Positions 1-12,102 of a DNA stretch of 64,000 nt are shown here, piece by piece. The DNA is taken from the NCBI RefSeq assembly GCF_000143415.4, contig NW_003314272.1, positions 1,806,374 through 1,870,373 on the forward strand. The letters are read 5' to 3'. Within the stretch, counting starts at the first letter, position 1, and the number at the start of each line of letters is the position of its first letter. This stretch comes from Selaginella moellendorffii. Taxonomy: Eukaryota > Plantae > Lycopodiophyta. The translations under genes and the position numbers were made by a program. The notes below the pieces were generated by a model that did not search any database, was not told the DNA's origin, and worked only from the letters and a program-made list of their open reading frames with translations.

Positions 1-1600
1 CGTAGTAGAAGTAGTTCCCCCAGTCCCCGCTAGTTGCTCTAAGGATATCGTAGCAATTGGGATGTTCTGCTAGAGTCTGGAGCATAACCTGCGTTTTCAG
101 TTTGTTTGTGCCGTCTACATATCCCAGATTCCTGAAATAGCTAGCCTGCCCGAATCCCTGTGACGGAAAGTGTCCGCTTCCCATCTGAGTAGCCGTGTGG
201 TGGCCTCGAGGTGCTGTATTAACTATCTCCCCTCCCCACTCGATCATGGACGCATGATCGCCGAGATGAGTGAAGAGCTCCGCTGGCCAGTATCCTAGTA
301 AAATACCTGGTCCGAATCTCATCCACCAGTTTTTGGTTCTGGGATCCTGGGAGAGAGTGAAACAAGCTCGAGTTCTTTCTTTTGCATTTGATTCAAACTG
401 ATGGGTTTTACCTTCCAGATGAGGATCCGGATGTCGTATTGAGCACCATTGAGCAGTGACAAGGGGGATATTGTAGCACCAATGGCAATACTCCTCCCGA
501 GTTGTATGAAGCCTGAGCACAGCAGGTTGTAGCAGCCAGTGGTTCGATATGCATCGCTCTGGAAACGATCACAGTATATTGAGCACGGAAACAAACTGGA
601 GATTTCAAACTCACCGTCCAGTATGTGAACAACCGGGGGTTGCTGTCGCCGTAAAGCAGTGGACTCACCTGAAAGACACTCGAGCCAGTCAGTAAACTCT
701 CGAAGTGAAGTCCGAGAAAGGGTCCTTACTTGCCAGCCGGCTTCGATGCTGTTGAGATCGCCATAGAAGGAACCAGCAAGCAACCACATTTGGGAGAGGC
801 TGAACTCGTTCGGGACTTGGATGGCTGGTTTCCATACGTTGAGGGACGCTTGAGCACCGTAATACTGGCCTCCGTTGATGAACGCGATAGCATGCTGCGA
901 AAAAGAGAAACTTTTGAGACTCCAGCAAGAAAGATGCGGAGATGCTTACCTCATGGCTGCCTTGAGCAGGCTCGGGTGGTCTTATTCTTCTAGGATTGGG
1001 GGGTGGCCTTGCTTTGCGACCGTAGCGGCTGACAGAACCACCGACGCGGAGTATGTCATCTATAGTTGTTCTTCGGATGGGGACGGTTCCTTCGGGGCAC
1101 TCTCCGCTTTGGTGCCACAATTGGTACGAGACTTTGTCGTCGCCTGGGCTGGATTCGGTTGAAGCTGCTCCATCCTCCTGGTCTGGCCAGAAGTCTGGTT
1201 TGCTCTACACATCGGACAAGAGACAGCGATTCTAAGCCCAGTTATGCTCGCAAGTCAGCACAACACACCTGGAGTTTGTGATCTTTGAGCAGCGGGTGAT
1301 CGAATGCCGGTTGGTTGCTGATGAGAACGCAGTCTATTATGTCCCCGTCTGGACTCTGGGGAAAGAACAACTCTAAGACGCTGCTACAAAGATCTGGAGG
1401 AGGAGTTTGGTTACCCGGATGGTGTGCACCGCAGGCTTGTTGATGTTGTTGAGCTTCTTCCGGAGCTCCAGCACCTGTCTCCGGGACAGCCTCCTCCTGT
1501 GAGCTGTTCCGGTGGCGTTGATCGCTCCGGTTTCCAAAGCCGACGCGAGATGGATCAAGAACAGGAGTAGAACGAGTGACAATCCTCTCCGGCATGACAT
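1..1600 (-). CDS. Neprosin/DUF239 family secreted peptidase-like protein (multi-exon, 3' end just outside window)
   Basis: Signal peptide [21 protein letters not shown]. Activation-peptide motifs [26 protein letters not shown] and [10 protein letters not shown]. Neprosin motifs [19 protein letters not shown] and [18 protein letters not shown] at the window edge. GT-AG introns. Confidence 0.92.
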
Positions 1601-1978
1601 GGCCGACACGAAAACTTCTACACACCTACTGGAGGCTGAAGAATTGACTGGAAGCGAGATCTACAAGCTAGAGAGGCCTGGCGATTTTCTCGAAAGGCTA
1701 ACTTTGCTCGAGCTACGAGACCGAGGGAGAAGCTTCGACAGAAAGACTGATAGCTTCGGACACAGCAGCAGCGGCAGCAAGAGCCAGACATGTAGAGACA
1801 AACAAGCTTGCACATTACTCTTTCCTGGACAAGGATGAGATCACTGGCGAAAGAGAGGTGGGAGGACCCATTTCAAACGAGCAGCGGCCAGCGGCAGGAT
1901 CGAAATGATGATGATGCACGGCCAACATCAGCGAGGAGACAAGCAAAAGAATCACTGGAGTCACTTTTACTGGAAGCA

Positions 1979-1990
1979 GAAGAGGAAGAA

Positions 1991-2030
<40 letters not shown>
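1979..2030 (+). repeat. (GAA/GAG)n microsatellite in the upstream/leader region of the neprosin gene
   Basis: Directly visible gaagaagaag... run; explains the spurious poly-E ORF 1808..2395. Confidence 0.9.
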
Positions 2031-3037
2031 CGGCGGTGGAAGGGATAAAGAATTGCGGAGAAATGGAGGGAAGACAATGGCTGCGTGCGTCGCAACAAGG
2101 CGAATGCTTCCTCTCGCTCTCAAGGTGGCATTTTGATGGAGGTATGTTTTGTTTTAGCTTTGCTCAAATATTATTATTTTTTTATTTCTTTCCAGAGGAG
2201 AGGCCTCGTTGCTGCTCGGCTTGTCACTATCTTCCAGGCCGTGCTACTGCTGCATTGCATCTTCTTACCACTGTGAGTACGCTCCTGAAACCTCTGCTGG
2301 TCCATTTAGTAATTTTATTTCGCTTCTTCGCAAGAGTCGGAGAAAGAGGAGATCCTCTGGCTTGCAATCGGTCTTTTTCCGTCTCTAGGTTGTAGACGCC
2401 CCTTTACAGTGTTTCTTACTTCTCTTCTTCTTTTTCTTCTTCTTCTTCGTCTTCGTCTTCGTTCTCGCTGCTGCCTGTAGAGATTTCTCGGGCAGGCCGC
2501 TTGCCGCTGCTCGCTGAGGACAGTCAGGAAAAAGGAGAAAAATTTAAAGCCAGACGAGAAAAACCTTGTGTGTGTATGGTGTATGTGAGCATCAGTAAGG
2601 TTCTTCCTTTTCACCTTAGGTGCAACGCAAACACACACAGTTACTTCTTCTGCAAACACAGGGTTTTGTAACTTGGTGCTCTTAAACGCGTGGAAAGCGA
2701 TGGTGGTAATTCTATTCGATTTTGACACTCGTCCTTGCTGATCACTACCATTGCCTCCAGCGGGCCAGCGATTGCGATATCAAGGTATATGAGCATTAAG
2801 GTACTAAACGTCAAGAGGGAACTCTCAGTCATGTCCAGTCCACTATAGCAGCAGCAAAACTGATTTCATTCATGAGGCCCAGGAATTTGAAGCTATTGTA
2901 GAAAACGGAAGCAAGCACGTACCGGGAATTACTATGCACTGTGAAAGCGAAGAGCGTTGAATCAAACCGGGAGACGTAAAGAAAGAATAAAAAAAAAACC
3001 AAAGTTAAATCTTGAGCACGTACCAAGATCGGCTTGG

Positions 3038-4899
3038 TTATTGCTGCTGTTCGTAGATCTGCATATACGCCTCAGAGAGCGCAACCATCTGCGGCAGAGT
3101 TTCTGTCACGTGAAGGTCTTGCATCTCGTACCTGCAAGACGAACAGACCTTTAAATCTGAAAGAGAAAGGAGAACAAGAATACTCACCATACTTCTTCCG
3201 ATTTCCTCTGCACAAACACGCGGTAAGAGCCTTCCCTGGGCTTGCCATCGTGGACGGTGTTGGCAATGAGATCGTACTTTGAGCGGGCTTTCTTGCTGCC
3301 ATCAGCGGAACCCAGTGGGATGTAGTCTTTCAGCTCCAGATTTTTCACCGGGAAGTTCACTGCAAAATATACAATGAGAAAACGCCTTACAAAGAATTGA
3401 TAGCAAGAATTTACCCAGTGTTGGATTCTTTTCAATAAAGAAGTTATTCTTCTTGAAGCGCCTCATGTGTAAGATCAAATACCTCGGCAACCTCGTTACA
3501 CGATAACGCATTCGTGCTGGCTGTGGCCTCACCACCTCAGTCGGCGTTTCACCATCAAACTTTTTCAAGATGTTGAAAAGTGGAACCTACAAGAATGTGC
3601 GTCAGCAATCAGGAGAGATTGACATGTTCATATACCTGTGGGATGATGTTTTTCTCCATGACATCTTTAAAAAGTGGAGGTGGGGGTAGATCGAGTCCAA
3701 GCATCAGAAATGGCAGCCTGCTAATCTCTCGGTTATTCGGGTCGGACTGCAATTCCTTCAACACTTCTAGCTCGCCCTGTTTCACCAGTCATAAGACGGA
3801 CACACTTGTTTAAAACACTCACCTGGAAACATTGGTAGATGATGCTACTGTTGCGCAGTGTTGTACCACCCAGTTCGCTGTGCAGCGTATTCAGAAGCCA
3901 GGAGAAGAATTCCACGGGATCAGACTGCACACCTATACGGAACTTCTTCTTGCTGGCAGACATGATCGCCTGAAGAAACTCGTGGGGACTGACCTGCAGA
4001 CGAACCAGCAGCCTTGTCACGAAAGAGAACAAGAAAATCACACCTGTCCTTTGAAGTTCCTGGCATGCCATATCTTCCTCGTGAGCTCCCCAAAGCGATG
4101 GACAAGAGGAGAACTGGAATGCCTGTAGTTCTCTGGTATCAGGAAAAAGTCCCGGAGCGGAGTCACCCGCATGAGCGACTGTATTATGACGTTGACAAAG
4201 TCCGTCTCCTTGATATTGTTAAGCCCCACCTACAGCACCACACACAAGCTTCAGAAACCCTGTGTCAGTAAACCAAACTAAAACTCCATCTCGAGTGACA
4301 CTCACCATTCCAGGTAGATAGTCGGAGCCATCGAGAGCTCTCGCCCACTGCTTGCTTTTATCGAGCTGCGAAACTTGAGCGCCCGTAAACCTTTAAAAAG
4401 GATAACATTAGCATCGCCAAAGCGAGGAAAACGAAAACTCATGAGAGAAAGAGAGGAGAAAAATTTTACCTGGGATTTAAGACATGGCGAATGTCGTCCA
4501 GCGATGGATCATCCACCTCGTAGCCATCGGGAAGGCAGTAGACCTTCTCACTGTGCAAGTTGATAAACACATGATGGCCGGCTTCCAGGCTATGCGTGTA
4601 CGCATGAGACTTCCTTCCCCGGCCTTGGAAGTACTTCCCACACACCAGGCAGGCGTAGACATTGAGATTCGAGAGAGAAACCGAGCAAAACTTCTCGAAA
4701 TCAAAGTCCAGAACCTGCGAGTAAAGATTTATCCTCTCAGGCCTCCCAAGAAACGCGACGCATTCTAGCTCCCTAGTCTTTCTCTTACCTGGCGATTCAC
4801 TGTGTCAAGGTAGGGGCAGTCCCTCCTCACCTCCGTCTCTTGGCGGCCGCGCTTGGCAGCAGCAGCGGCGGCATCGTCGGGAGCGCCTGCTCGCTTCAT
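3038..4899 (-). CDS. USP39: U4/U6.U5 tri-snRNP-associated protein 2 (USP39/SAD1 homologue), multi-exon
   Basis: Start MKRAGAPDD...RRDCPYLDTVNRQ, ZnF-UBP region, GLNNIKETDFVNVIIQSL, LTRKIWHARNFKGQVSPHEFLQA and C-terminal LSEAYMQIYEQQQ*. Confidence 0.95.
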
Positions 4900-4998
4900 A
4901 GCCCTAAATCTATAAAGAGCCCTAAAATAGAAATTAGGGCTCTTGGGTGACTTGGTCTGCCAGAAATTAGGGGCTCTTGAGTGTTTTGACCAACAAGG

Positions 4999-5289
4999 AT
5001 GACAAAATCATCTCTCTCCCTCGCGAGTTTGGCGCTCGTCCTGTGGATTTCGTCACTCGTGACTGGCGCTCATGCGTTCCGGAGGCTCCAATCCGGCGGG
5101 AGCGAGGAGGAGAAGTGCCCGTGCAACCAGATTTACGTGGTGGAGGAGGGCGAGACGCTGGAGAGCATCGCCCGCAAGTGCAGCGCGCCCTACATCCTCG
5201 AGGACAACCCGCAGATCCGAGACGCCACCGATCTCTTCCAGGGCCTGGTGCTCATGATGCAGTGCGAGGATCCACCGCCGCGCAGATGA
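4999..5289 (+). CDS. Small secreted single-LysM protein (LysMe type), copy 1
   Basis: Intronless 96 aa. Hydrophobic signal peptide plus LysM CNQIYVVEEGETLESIARKCSAPYILEDNPQIRDATDLFQGLVL. Confidence 0.92.
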   Translation: MTKSSLSLASLALVLWISSLVTGAHAFRRLQSGGSEEEKCPCNQIYVVEEGETLESIARKCSAPYILEDNPQIRDATDLFQGLVLMMQCEDPPPRR

Positions 5290-5517
5290 TCGCGCATCTC
5301 CCATCGCCCGATCGGCGGTTACTCACAGTTTTTTTCGCCAAATTCAGTTGAGCGAGAAATTCTGTTGCTCGGTCAGTTGAAACTCTCCGGGTTTTAGAAA
5401 GCGTTCTCTCTGTGTTTGCAAGAATGGAAATCGATACAATTGAATCATCGAACTTGTGTGCCTCACTCTTCCCCTCCCTCTCAAGAACTTCTGTACAGTC
5501 GAATCTCCTGGCTTGAA

Positions 5518-5826
5518 TCAAAAGGCGAGGCCATCCTCGCACTGCATGAACAGCACCAATCCGGGGTAGACATCGTCCTCGTCTTTGATCTGTGGATTGT
5601 CGTCCAGGATGTAGGGCGCGCGGCACTTGACGCTCATCGTCTGGAGCGTCTCGCCCCTGCGCACCTCGTAGTACTGCTGGCACGGGCATCGCCCATGGTG
5701 ATCGATGCCATCCTCCGCTTCCTCGCGCAGCGATCGCCGCCCTAGAGCTCCCGACGACAAGGATAGAACGATCAAGAACAACACGAGACAAGACGATCTG
5801 CGAGAAGAGAACGAGAGAGAAGCCAT
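5518..5826 (-). CDS. Small secreted single-LysM protein (LysMe type), copy 2
   Basis: Intronless 102 aa. Signal peptide plus LysM CQQYYEVRRGETLQTMSVKCRAPYILDDNPQIKDEDDVYPGLVL. Clear paralogue of copy 1. Confidence 0.92.
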   Translation of the reverse strand: MASLSFSSRRSSCLVLFLIVLSLSSGALGRRSLREEAEDGIDHHGRCPCQQYYEVRRGETLQTMSVKCRAPYILDDNPQIKDEDDVYPGLVLFMQCEDGLAF

Positions 5827-5997
5827 CCTTTGGCCCCCAATCCCTGGCGCCGGATTCTAGGCTATAAAGCCGGGACCGTTGACCGCCACAAATTTGCCAG
5901 CGCCTAAAACCAGGTCAAACCGTACGCGTGGCAACAGATTATACCCTTTTTATTAGCAATAATTAATCTTTTATTTTGTGAAGAGATTTGGCCAAGA

Positions 5998-8102
5998 TCA
6001 CGCTTTCCTCGGCCTGATGCTTGCAATGCCGGTGACTTCGCGGCCAGTCACGAGAGCGTTCACTTCGTACGTCCCTTCGTACGTGTAGATTGGTTCCAGG
6101 TCACAGAATGCCTGTAGAACCAAAAGAGAATTTGTAAAGCCGAGAAAAAAGAGAGAGGGAACACCTTGGCAACGAGGAAATCCACCAAGATTCCATTGCC
6201 CCCCAGAAGTTCTCGTCCAAGCGCCACAGTCTCACGCGCCCTCTTCGTGTTCCAAGACTGTGGAAGGCATTCTAACGTCAGAAAGAAGGAACGTTTCAAA
6301 GGCAAAGACGTGCGCGTACCTTGGCAAGACTGGCTTGGCCTGGCGTCATCTTGCCGCTATCGTAGAGCTTGCACAGCCGCCATCCCACAAGCGCCATGGC
6401 CTGGATGTTCCCGAGCATCTGGACAAGCTTCTCCTGGTTTATCTGGAGAGAAGCCAGTGGAGCTCCGAATTGCTTCCTCTCGAGCAAGTACCTTTTTTAA
6501 GTGCAAAACACAGCACAAGCGAATCGTAAGGAACAATGCGTTAGATCACTGGATGGCGAGAAACAAGCCAAAAACTCTACTCCAAATAAGCGAAAACGAA
6601 GAATACCTGTGGCACATATCATAGACTCCCATTGTCACGCCGATTGGTTGCCATGCTACCATGATCCGGGAGATTGCAAGAACCTTTTGAGTGGAACGAT
6701 CAGCATTAAAAACATCTTTGTCTTTCGAGAAATTCTGTGTCACCTTATTTGTGTCCGCGAACGAGTTTATGCCGGGGAGACGATCGTCGTCCGGGATGAA
6801 CGCGTCCTTGAGGACAATGTCCCCGTTTTGGACGATCCTCAGCCCGATTTTGTTCTCGATCTTTGTTGCACGATAGCCTGGAGTTCCCTTTCTTACAATG
6901 AAACTGTATAAACAACGTGTTATGGTGCTAAAAAACAAGAGCGATTTTTCTACCCGTTGATCTGATTCGTCTCCGTATTCCGTGCAAAAATGACAGCAAC
7001 ATCTGCAAATGTACTGTTTCCAATCCATCTCTTCTGACCATTTAGTATCCAGCCTCCCTTAGCCTGAGATAACATACACCAATATTAATTCTTAAAACAA
7101 ACATTATGTCGTGAACCTTTGTTGCGGTAGTGCTCAGAGAGCTCGCATCACTACCGTAATCGGGCTCTGTCAATGCCTGCACCATTTGTAAAAAACTCTC
7201 ACGCCAAATTCAATCAAAGACGCAGTGCTATTACCCAGCAAGCGATGGTGTCGAGCTTGGCGAGCTGGGGGAGATACTTTTGCTTTTGTTGCTCGCTTCC
7301 ACACATTGCTACGAAAACCAAAAATATAAAGTTTGCATAAGCACAAAGAAGAAGAACACCGTACCGATAGTTAGCATTGCCAATGAGGAATGAACAAGAA
7401 TAAATGTAGAGCAGCTTGCATCGACCCTTGCAACTTCGGCAGCAGCGATAGCACTTCCCAGTATAGACAATCCCGGACAGCCATATCCCTGCGTTCGAGA
7501 TTTGTCTATCGTTGATTATCTCTTGTGTCTTTTTTTTTTTTAAGCATCGCGAACCTGGATTGTACCTCCAGCGATATTGAGACTCGCCATCTTGGGAACG
7601 ATTTCGAAAGGAAACTCCGCTTTCTCCCAGTACTGAAAGTAACACAAGAAACACAAAGAAACGATGAACAAAAGCTCCAGCTTTCAAGGAAAGAAGTAAC
7701 CTCTGCCATGATCGGTGCGACTTCTTTCTCCATGACGGTTCTCACCCTCATCCGCAGATCTTGATCCTCCTTGGAGAGAAGGTCATGGAGCTGGAAGTAA
7801 TCAGAGACTGGAAAGAATTTTAGCTGCTCCAATGCACAAAAGAAAGAACGAAAAAATCTACTCACAGACCTAAAGGAGGGAAGCTGGATGCTGGAGTGGC
7901 CTGGGGGAATGCCCGCGATAAATCCAGCGCAGGCAATCCAACGCTCATGGTCTCCGTCATCATCAATCCTGCGCGCCAAGCATCAATCGGGCAAGCGAAA
8001 ACTTCCCATACCTTGGTCGGCATTCTTTTCTTCTGATGCCTCCAGCTGTTTGCCAATCCTCGCAATTCTGCGCTGAGCCCTGCCACTAGAACCGCGCTCC
8101 AT
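5998..8102 (-). CDS. ACX4: Acyl-CoA oxidase 4 (short-chain, acyl-CoA dehydrogenase fold), multi-exon
   Basis: [55 protein letters not shown] and C-terminal [26 protein letters not shown]. First exon [20 protein letters not shown] splices in frame (GT-AG, ~8011 to ~7969). Confidence 0.93.
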
Positions 8103-8159
8103 GATCTATGTATCGATCGATCTAGCGATTCCGCCAAGCGCAACAGAACCCCACGCAAT

Positions 8160-9290
8160 GATATATGAAAACTCCTGCAGACATTCTATTTCCAGCCAGG
8201 GACTGGAACGGAATCGAACTCTTTACCTGAAGGACTTATAAGAATATACAGTAATTTCCAATGGACATTTAAAAAGCTAAGAATGTTGCATGACACTGAA
8301 CGAGTTGATATGTCCTGTTATGAAATGAAGCAGACATTGGACAATCAATAACAATCCCGTGGCAAGCTACTTCAGAATTTCACTGTGGACTATTTAGCAT
8401 GGAAACAATGCGGATTTAGGGTTTAAAAGGGTATAATGGCACATGACAATTGTCATTCCATTTCTACTAATTGTCTCAATAGCACATGTTTCTCTTCCAG
8501 TGGGTTGTAGTAGCTCTTTGACAACAACTTGATTTATCCATAGTCACTTCATCTGACCTTTGTGTCTAAATACTTCCTAAAGGTTATGGAGATCATGGTA
8601 AAATAACTTTTAGAATAAGAAATTGAACTTTAAACCACCCTACAGGAATGCGGTATAGATATGCAATTTGAACATAGACTTTTGGACTTTGTCAACTTTC
8701 TCTTTTATTCATTACTAGTATGTGATATCACTGCCATCAGCTTTTCTATTTATCCAACTTGAATTTGATCAAAGTGAGTTTTAAATTTAAAGTTAGGTAA
8801 GGAAGAAGAACTTAATGTTGCAATATATACTGGTGCGCATTTGTGGGAGTGGACAGGTATAAAACTTGGAACAATGCTGGTGGAGGTTGTAGTACTTGGG
8901 CAAGTCTTTTGCTGAGATGTTTCATATGCCATCACCATCAAAGGTTATTATAAATGTCTGTATTAGTTTTAACATGTTCATATTTAATATTGTCCTTAAT
9001 ATAGATGGTGTTTATATTTGTGGAGGTGGAGGCATATTAGTTTTTATGGGAAATGTAATGTAAGGATAATGGATAAGTTAGGCAGACCAACTTGAGATAT
9101 TATTTAATTTTTCATTGAGTGTATTTATTTTTATTTTATGTTTAACTTGGTTTAAGCCTAAGCTCCATCAACAGTTTCAAGAGGCAGATTAAAACAAGAT
9201 ACTACTAAATTATCCCAGGCAAGAAAATATCCGTTAAGTTAAGAAATATTCCAGAACATACTTAATATTCTAAGTATATTCTTTACAAAA
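8160..9290. other. AT-rich, CpG-poor intergenic tract, possible degraded transposon relic
   Basis: Abrupt compositional shift relative to flanking genes. No recognisable ORF or terminal repeats. Confidence 0.35.
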
Positions 9291-9294
9291 ACTT

Positions 9295-10818
9295 TCATTG
9301 GCCTCCTCCCAACTGCCGGACACGAAAATATCCCAGAACTCCAGCAGCCACAAGCGCTCCGGTCGAGACCAGCGCCGCGGGAAGAGCAAACCTCGCCACG
9401 CTCGACCGGCACTCCAGCAATTCCCTGGCCTTGCTAAGCTCCGATCGCAGCTGCCACACCTTCTTCTCGCTCGACAGAGCCTCCTCCTTGACTTTGCCCA
9501 GCGAGCTCTCCAGCCCCTCGATCTTCTGCTTGAGGCTCAGCACCTCCGCCTTGGCCGTCACCTCGGCCTTGGCGGACAACGAGCTCAGCTGCCTGAGCTC
9601 CGCCTCCACGCCCGTCTTGGCCTCCTCCACCCGGACCTTCTCCCTCATGATCGACGACACTTGATCCTCGAGCATCCTCCGCTGCCCCTGCTCCTTCTGC
9701 GTGATGTCTTGCATCTTCTGGATCGTCGACAACGCCTGCTTCACCTCCTCCTCGAGCGAGAGCTTCCGGGTGTTGAGCCCGACCACCTGTTCCTGGAGAG
9801 CCACCCGGAGCTCCCTCTCCCTCTGGAGCTCCGCGGCCAGGGACTCGTGCTCCGACGAGCACTTTTGGAGCCCACACACCTGCGCCTCGAGCTGCCGGAT
9901 GCTCGAGGCCAGCGCGTGGTTCTTCGTCTCCAGCTCGACCTCGCGTCGGGACGCCGCTGCCAGCTTCTCTTCCAGCGACAGGAGGCTGGTCTTGAAAGCC
10001 TGGTCTTGAGCTCGCATAGATTCCGCTAGCTCCTTTGCGCCGCTCGCCTCCGCTTCCAAGCCTTTGATCTCCAGCAGTAGCTTCTCCCGCTCCTGGAGCA
10101 GCGCCTCCCTGGACGAAGCTATCGCCTTTAAGTCGTCGTCCAGCCCCGCCTTGATTGCCAAGAGCCCGGCGTTGGAGTCCCGGAGAATCTCACAGTCGCC
10201 TGCCAACTTTCTAACCTCGGCGTCGAGCAGCGCAACTTTCTCCTTGGCCGCTGCCGCCGCCGACTCGGCGTCGTCCACCTTCTTGGAGAGCTCCGAGACG
10301 TTGCTGGCGGCCACCGCGAGAGCATCCTCCAATCTCCCCTTCTCCGCCGCCATAGCCAGCTTCTCCTGGCTCAGCCCCGCCTTGTCCAGCTCCAGGGCCG
10401 AGACCTGCCTCCTCGCAGCCTCGATCTCCTCCAGCACCTCCCTCTTCTTCTCATCGGTCTCCCGGGCGATCGAATCCAGCTTCGCGGCGTCGTCCCTCAC
10501 CTGTTCCTCCAGCTTCCTCACGCTCCGCGCCACGGCCTCGTTCTCCCGCTTGAGCGCCGCAATCTCCCCGGACAGCTCCTCGTTCTCGCGAGCCAGCCTC
10601 GCGATGCTCGCCTCCTTCTCATTGCCGCCGCCATCACGGGGTGACGATGCTACATTGCTCGCGCTGCCGGGCGAGGACGCCGCCTCTCCCTCGGACAAGA
10701 AATCGTCTACCTGGTGATGGCCATTGCTGCCGCAGTCGAGCTCCATCGTCGGCGGCAAGCCCTTGGCGGACTTATCCTCCTCCGCCTCGATCATCGCATC
10801 CTCCTCCTGGCTGGGCAT
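9295..10818 (-). CDS. Long coiled-coil protein with C-terminal transmembrane anchor (peroxisomal and mitochondrial division factor PMD-like)
   Basis: Intronless ~507 aa heptad-rich ORF ending ...LPAALVSTGALVAAGVLGYFRVRQLGGGQ, a tail anchor with basic flank. PMD assignment is by architecture only. Confidence 0.6.
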   Translation of the reverse strand: MPSQEEDAMIEAEEDKSAKGLPPTMELDCGSNGHHQVDDFLSEGEAASSPGSASNVASSPRDGGGNEKEASIARLARENEELSGEIAALKRENEAVARSVRKLEEQVRDDAAKLDSIARETDEKKREVLEEIEAARRQVSALELDKAGLSQEKLAMAAEKGRLEDALAVAASNVSELSKKVDDAESAAAAAKEKVALLDAEVRKLAGDCEILRDSNAGLLAIKAGLDDDLKAIASSREALLQEREKLLLEIKGLEAEASGAKELAESMRAQDQAFKTSLLSLEEKLAAASRREVELETKNHALASSIRQLEAQVCGLQKCSSEHESLAAELQRERELRVALQEQVVGLNTRKLSLEEEVKQALSTIQKMQDITQKEQGQRRMLEDQVSSIMREKVRVEEAKTGVEAELRQLSSLSAKAEVTAKAEVLSLKQKIEGLESSLGKVKEEALSSEKKVWQLRSELSKARELLECRSSVARFALPAALVSTGALVAAGVLGYFRVRQLGGGQ

Positions 10819-10975
10819 GCCCAAGAACCCTAAAGAAACAAAGAACAAATGGCGCTAGAAGCGGCGGCGACCTTTAAGCTCCTCCACAACACACCAGGGT
10901 AACGGCGGTGATAACGACGCCGTTTACGTACATCGCGCTGCCGTACAAGGTGAGGATATTCCCTGAGATTCGGCC

Positions 10976-11985
10976 TTAGTGGAAACTTTGGAGCTCTTCG
11001 TAGAATAGTTCCATGGGATGATTGCCCTCGTCCTCTTGCTCTTCTTGTTCTTGTTCTTCGTCCTCCTCTTCGAGCCAGTCTCCATAAACCGTGGAGATGG
11101 CGTCGCCGCTAGGACCCCTCCAGACTTTCGAGCTCGGTGGTGCTTGAGTTGCGACTAGCGGAGGCTTTTGCTGCTGGATCCGGCTTTGCTGCTGCTGGCT
11201 CTGGCTTTGATTTTGCTGTGTTTGATGGTGGTGTTGCAGCTGCTGCTGGAAAAGATTGCTCGTCAGCGAAGGATTGGCTTCCGAGGTGTCCGAGTATGAG
11301 GAAGACTGGGCCTTGGAGTCCATTTGCGCTGGAAGAGACTCTCCTCCACCACCATACTTCTGGAGTTCTGCGACGAACCGAAAACCCAAAACTTTGCTCC
11401 AGCGGAGACAAAAAAAAAGCCAGCTTCTTCTTACCAGCGATTCCATGAGCGAAATGGCACTTGTCTCCAAACGGACACGATCCCGTCGTCTCCCACTTGT
11501 TGCAAAGCCGCGTTTTCCAGTTCAGCGGCTTCGCAGTGCTCGCGTTGCTGATCGCAGTGGTAGCGGCGGGTTTCACAGCCGGATCCTCGTGGCTAAAGAT
11601 GCACCTACAGAGAAACCAAGCACAGATCTAAGTGATCAATCAATCGAGACGAAAGAGCAAACGAAAACTTTGAGAGAATACCTCACCTCTCACCGTAAGG
11701 ACAAACTCCCTCCGCGAAAAATCTCTTGCACGGCCGGAGCTTCGCCGCATTGCCGCCGCCGTCCGCGACCACGGGAGGATTGACGAACTCCTCCCATCCG
11801 GGCGGCGGCTTCCGGAGCTCCTCCATTCCATGCGCGAAGTTGCAATTCGTGATGTAGGGGCAAGTCCCCGCCCGGAATCTAGAGCACAGCTTCGTCTTGA
11901 AAAATATAGTTCCTGTACTCATCCTCTTACCGCCATTGCCGCCGAGCATCCTGGCAGCGCCAGCCGCGCGCTCCTGCGCTTCCAT
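10976..11985 (-). CDS. Triple CCCH zinc-finger RNA-binding protein
   Basis: [46 protein letters not shown] and [25 protein letters not shown]. Two short introns, Q-rich and acidic tail. Confidence 0.92.
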
Positions 11986-12102
11986 TGCTACTACCTCTCA
12001 AGAACCCTAAATCTCGGAACCAATCGCAGCCGTTAATTCAAAACCACGCCACGAGATCCTGGCCGTTGGTCTCTAGGGCTTTGGGTTTTCTTGAAATATT
12101 CC

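Noticed and set aside
1808-2728. Poly-Glu and poly-Arg ORFs
   Set aside because: Translations of GAA/CTT microsatellites in non-coding leader/promoter DNA.
8200-8230. GTTCGATTCC (minus strand) resembling a tRNA T-loop
   Set aside because: Flanks do not form a T-stem or acceptor stem.
9298-10717. Long plus-strand ORFs opposite the coiled-coil gene
   Set aside because: Antisense shadows of a GC-rich Glu/Lys/Leu-rich CDS.
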